Origin: Bigelowiella natans CCMP2755
Lineage: Eukaryota > Protista > Cercozoa
Length of the DNA stretch: 64,000 bases
Direction: 5' to 3'
NCBI GenBank assembly: GCA_000320545.1
Contig: ADNK01000427.1
Span: 124,001 to 188,000, forward strand
Positions 62,371 through 64,000 of the stretch are shown here, piece by piece; position 1 is the stretch's first letter; each line of letters begins with the position of its first letter. A program made the position numbers and the translations under genes. The notes under the pieces were generated by a model that saw nothing but the letters and a program-made list of their open reading frames with translations, was not told the origin of the DNA and did not search any database.

Positions 62371-63608
62371 TGCAAAATCCATGGACTATTAAAACAAGCA
62401 AAACCCTTGCCATATGTTTGTAAATGTTTGCCTCGCTTGCCCAGAATTTCTAGTAGCACTGAGTCTCCATTTTTTCATACATTTACGTGAATTGCAACGA
62501 CTTTGTAAATCTTCAAGTTTTTCTTGCAGTTTTTTCCCCTTGGTCGAGAAGGCATCAAGGGTCCAAACATTTGCGCTGTTGAAACAAGAACGGTAAATTC
62601 TAAGCTTGTGAGAACACATCTTTCATCTGTGCGGTGTACAATTAGTGATGGCAGCCGAGGCTCCTTCGCATACCCATTTTCAATAAGATCCTTCAGGTCT
62701 TCAGAATTGCGGGGTTCAGATTTACCCCCGACAGCAATTTTTGTAAGCCGGATCTGGTCCCTGCATGCGATGATCGATCACAAGAATCATGCTATTTTCA
62801 CACAACGCTGGAATGGATGAATGAATGAACGAACGAACGAAAGAATGATGAACAGCATCTTTTTAGTTCTAATGGCCACGAACCAACCGAATCGTGGATA
62901 CGCAGAATGAGCGCCGGAGGAATGGTGCACGGAAATATCCTGCTGTTGCTAACGTTCGGAAGAGTACCCAATCAGTTTTTTGCTCAAACAAACCCAGGTG
63001 AGAGTGCAAATGAATACATTAAGAACACAATTTACAAGTCGCTGCTTTGAAGAAGGAGCGTGTGGTGAATCGGGCTGCCATTCTTCCTTGATTCTTTCTG
63101 CTGAGCTCTCCTCCTTGTCGAGGCCACGCGGTGAGATGGATGACCCGTTGATTGATTCTTCGGGTAAATGAGATTTTTTCCAGGATTTCATCCCAACCTC
63201 CTAAAAATAGATATACATTGGATATATTTAAGCCTAGTTTTTTAGAATATCGCAACATTAACAACAGTCTCGACACCAGTTTGGTTGCAAGACACGTGTC
63301 GGACACGTGTGCGGGACAGAGGGTTCGGGGACCCCCACCCTTGAGGAGGGCGGCGTCTTTCAATGTACGCAGTATCTCTTCTGCTGTGGGCATCAATGAT
63401 GCCGCACAACGTCAGAGGTATGGATCTCTTCGTCGTTCGTATTGTGTGGGAGGAGGAGGATGATGGTAGGCTTCTCGTTTGTAGGGGGCCACAGCACATT
63501 CTGTGCGTCGCTTTGTGGACGAGCAAGTGGTGTGAGGGAAAGCGGGCTACGAAACAGACCGGTTTTTCCGGATCCATCTACCTCCTTAGAACCCTTTCGA
63601 AGGAGCAT
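58537..63608 (-). CDS. Pyruvate-kinase-like protein with a degenerate catalytic barrel and a conserved C-terminal alpha/beta domain; start approximate
   Basis: The C domain is clear: AAAMILAITRSGQIAHMLSKYR|PGVPIMAFTDSLHIARRLNVRRGI...EALR|IAKEMGWVSGGDK|VVIVTAG. Upstream exons are colinear with the PK barrel (FDYVATDVR, VPVIIEL, ACDTLLL, VAEAAE) but lack the catalytic motifs. Confidence 0.75.
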
Positions 63609-64000
63609 GAGGTGCAAGGGAAAACAGCAAAAGGGGTCTCAAAGCAGAGCTTCGGGGCGTGCACTGACTACTCTCTGCGTCATCTCGATTTCCCAGCATT
63701 CAAAAAAGAATCATTGGTTGGCACCTACATTTGAAAAGACGGGAGAATAGAACTCAAAAATCCAAAAAATAGCGGCTGTGATGTGATGGACTAACATGAA
63801 AAACGCGTCATCATCAATTGGTTAGGTGCGATATCGCTTGCGAGGAATATACCCGTAGACTTGCTGGATATGATGGCGCCAAGTTTGGACTAGAAGAGGT
63901 TATTCTAAAGCCTGCACCAGGACCACCAAAAAACACGGAGGAACAACAAAAAAATCAGGAAGGGGTAAAACTGCAGCTGTAAATTTTGTTTGTTAGATAT

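Overview
This is eukaryotic nuclear DNA, gene-dense and rich in GT-AG introns. It is most consistent with a chlorarachniophyte alga (Bigelowiella-like), because the nucleus-encoded plastid ATP synthase delta carries a bipartite signal plus transit leader. By manual splicing I can support 15 host protein genes: SDA1, an ES1/GATD3-like protein, an AIDA-C2 protein, NCKX/SLC24, LETM1, NUP43, an NT-C2+Dilute protein, ARL6, LSM7, a Pex14_N-MAPR fusion, FAM192A/NIP30, a U2AF65-like protein, atpD, one unknown gene and a degenerate pyruvate-kinase-like gene. There is also a tRNA-Glu(CTC) and one intact, apparently very recent Ty3/Gypsy LTR retrotransposon (47548-53263). Main leads: (1) the retrotransposon polyprotein ends in what looks like a degenerate N6-adenine (Dam/DIRS-type) methyltransferase domain behind an unusually compact integrase; (2) the divergent U2AF65 has a signal-peptide-like N-terminus and is a candidate nucleomorph-targeted splicing factor; (3) a full-length pyruvate kinase fold lacks the recognisable catalytic motifs; (4) a Pex14 N-domain is fused to a heme-binding MAPR domain; (5) gene orientation alternates almost strictly, with compositionally distinct tail-to-tail spacers. 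Most short ORFs in the supplied track are microsatellite or intron artefacts. All family calls come from motif recognition by eye, with no database searches, and some gene starts are approximate.
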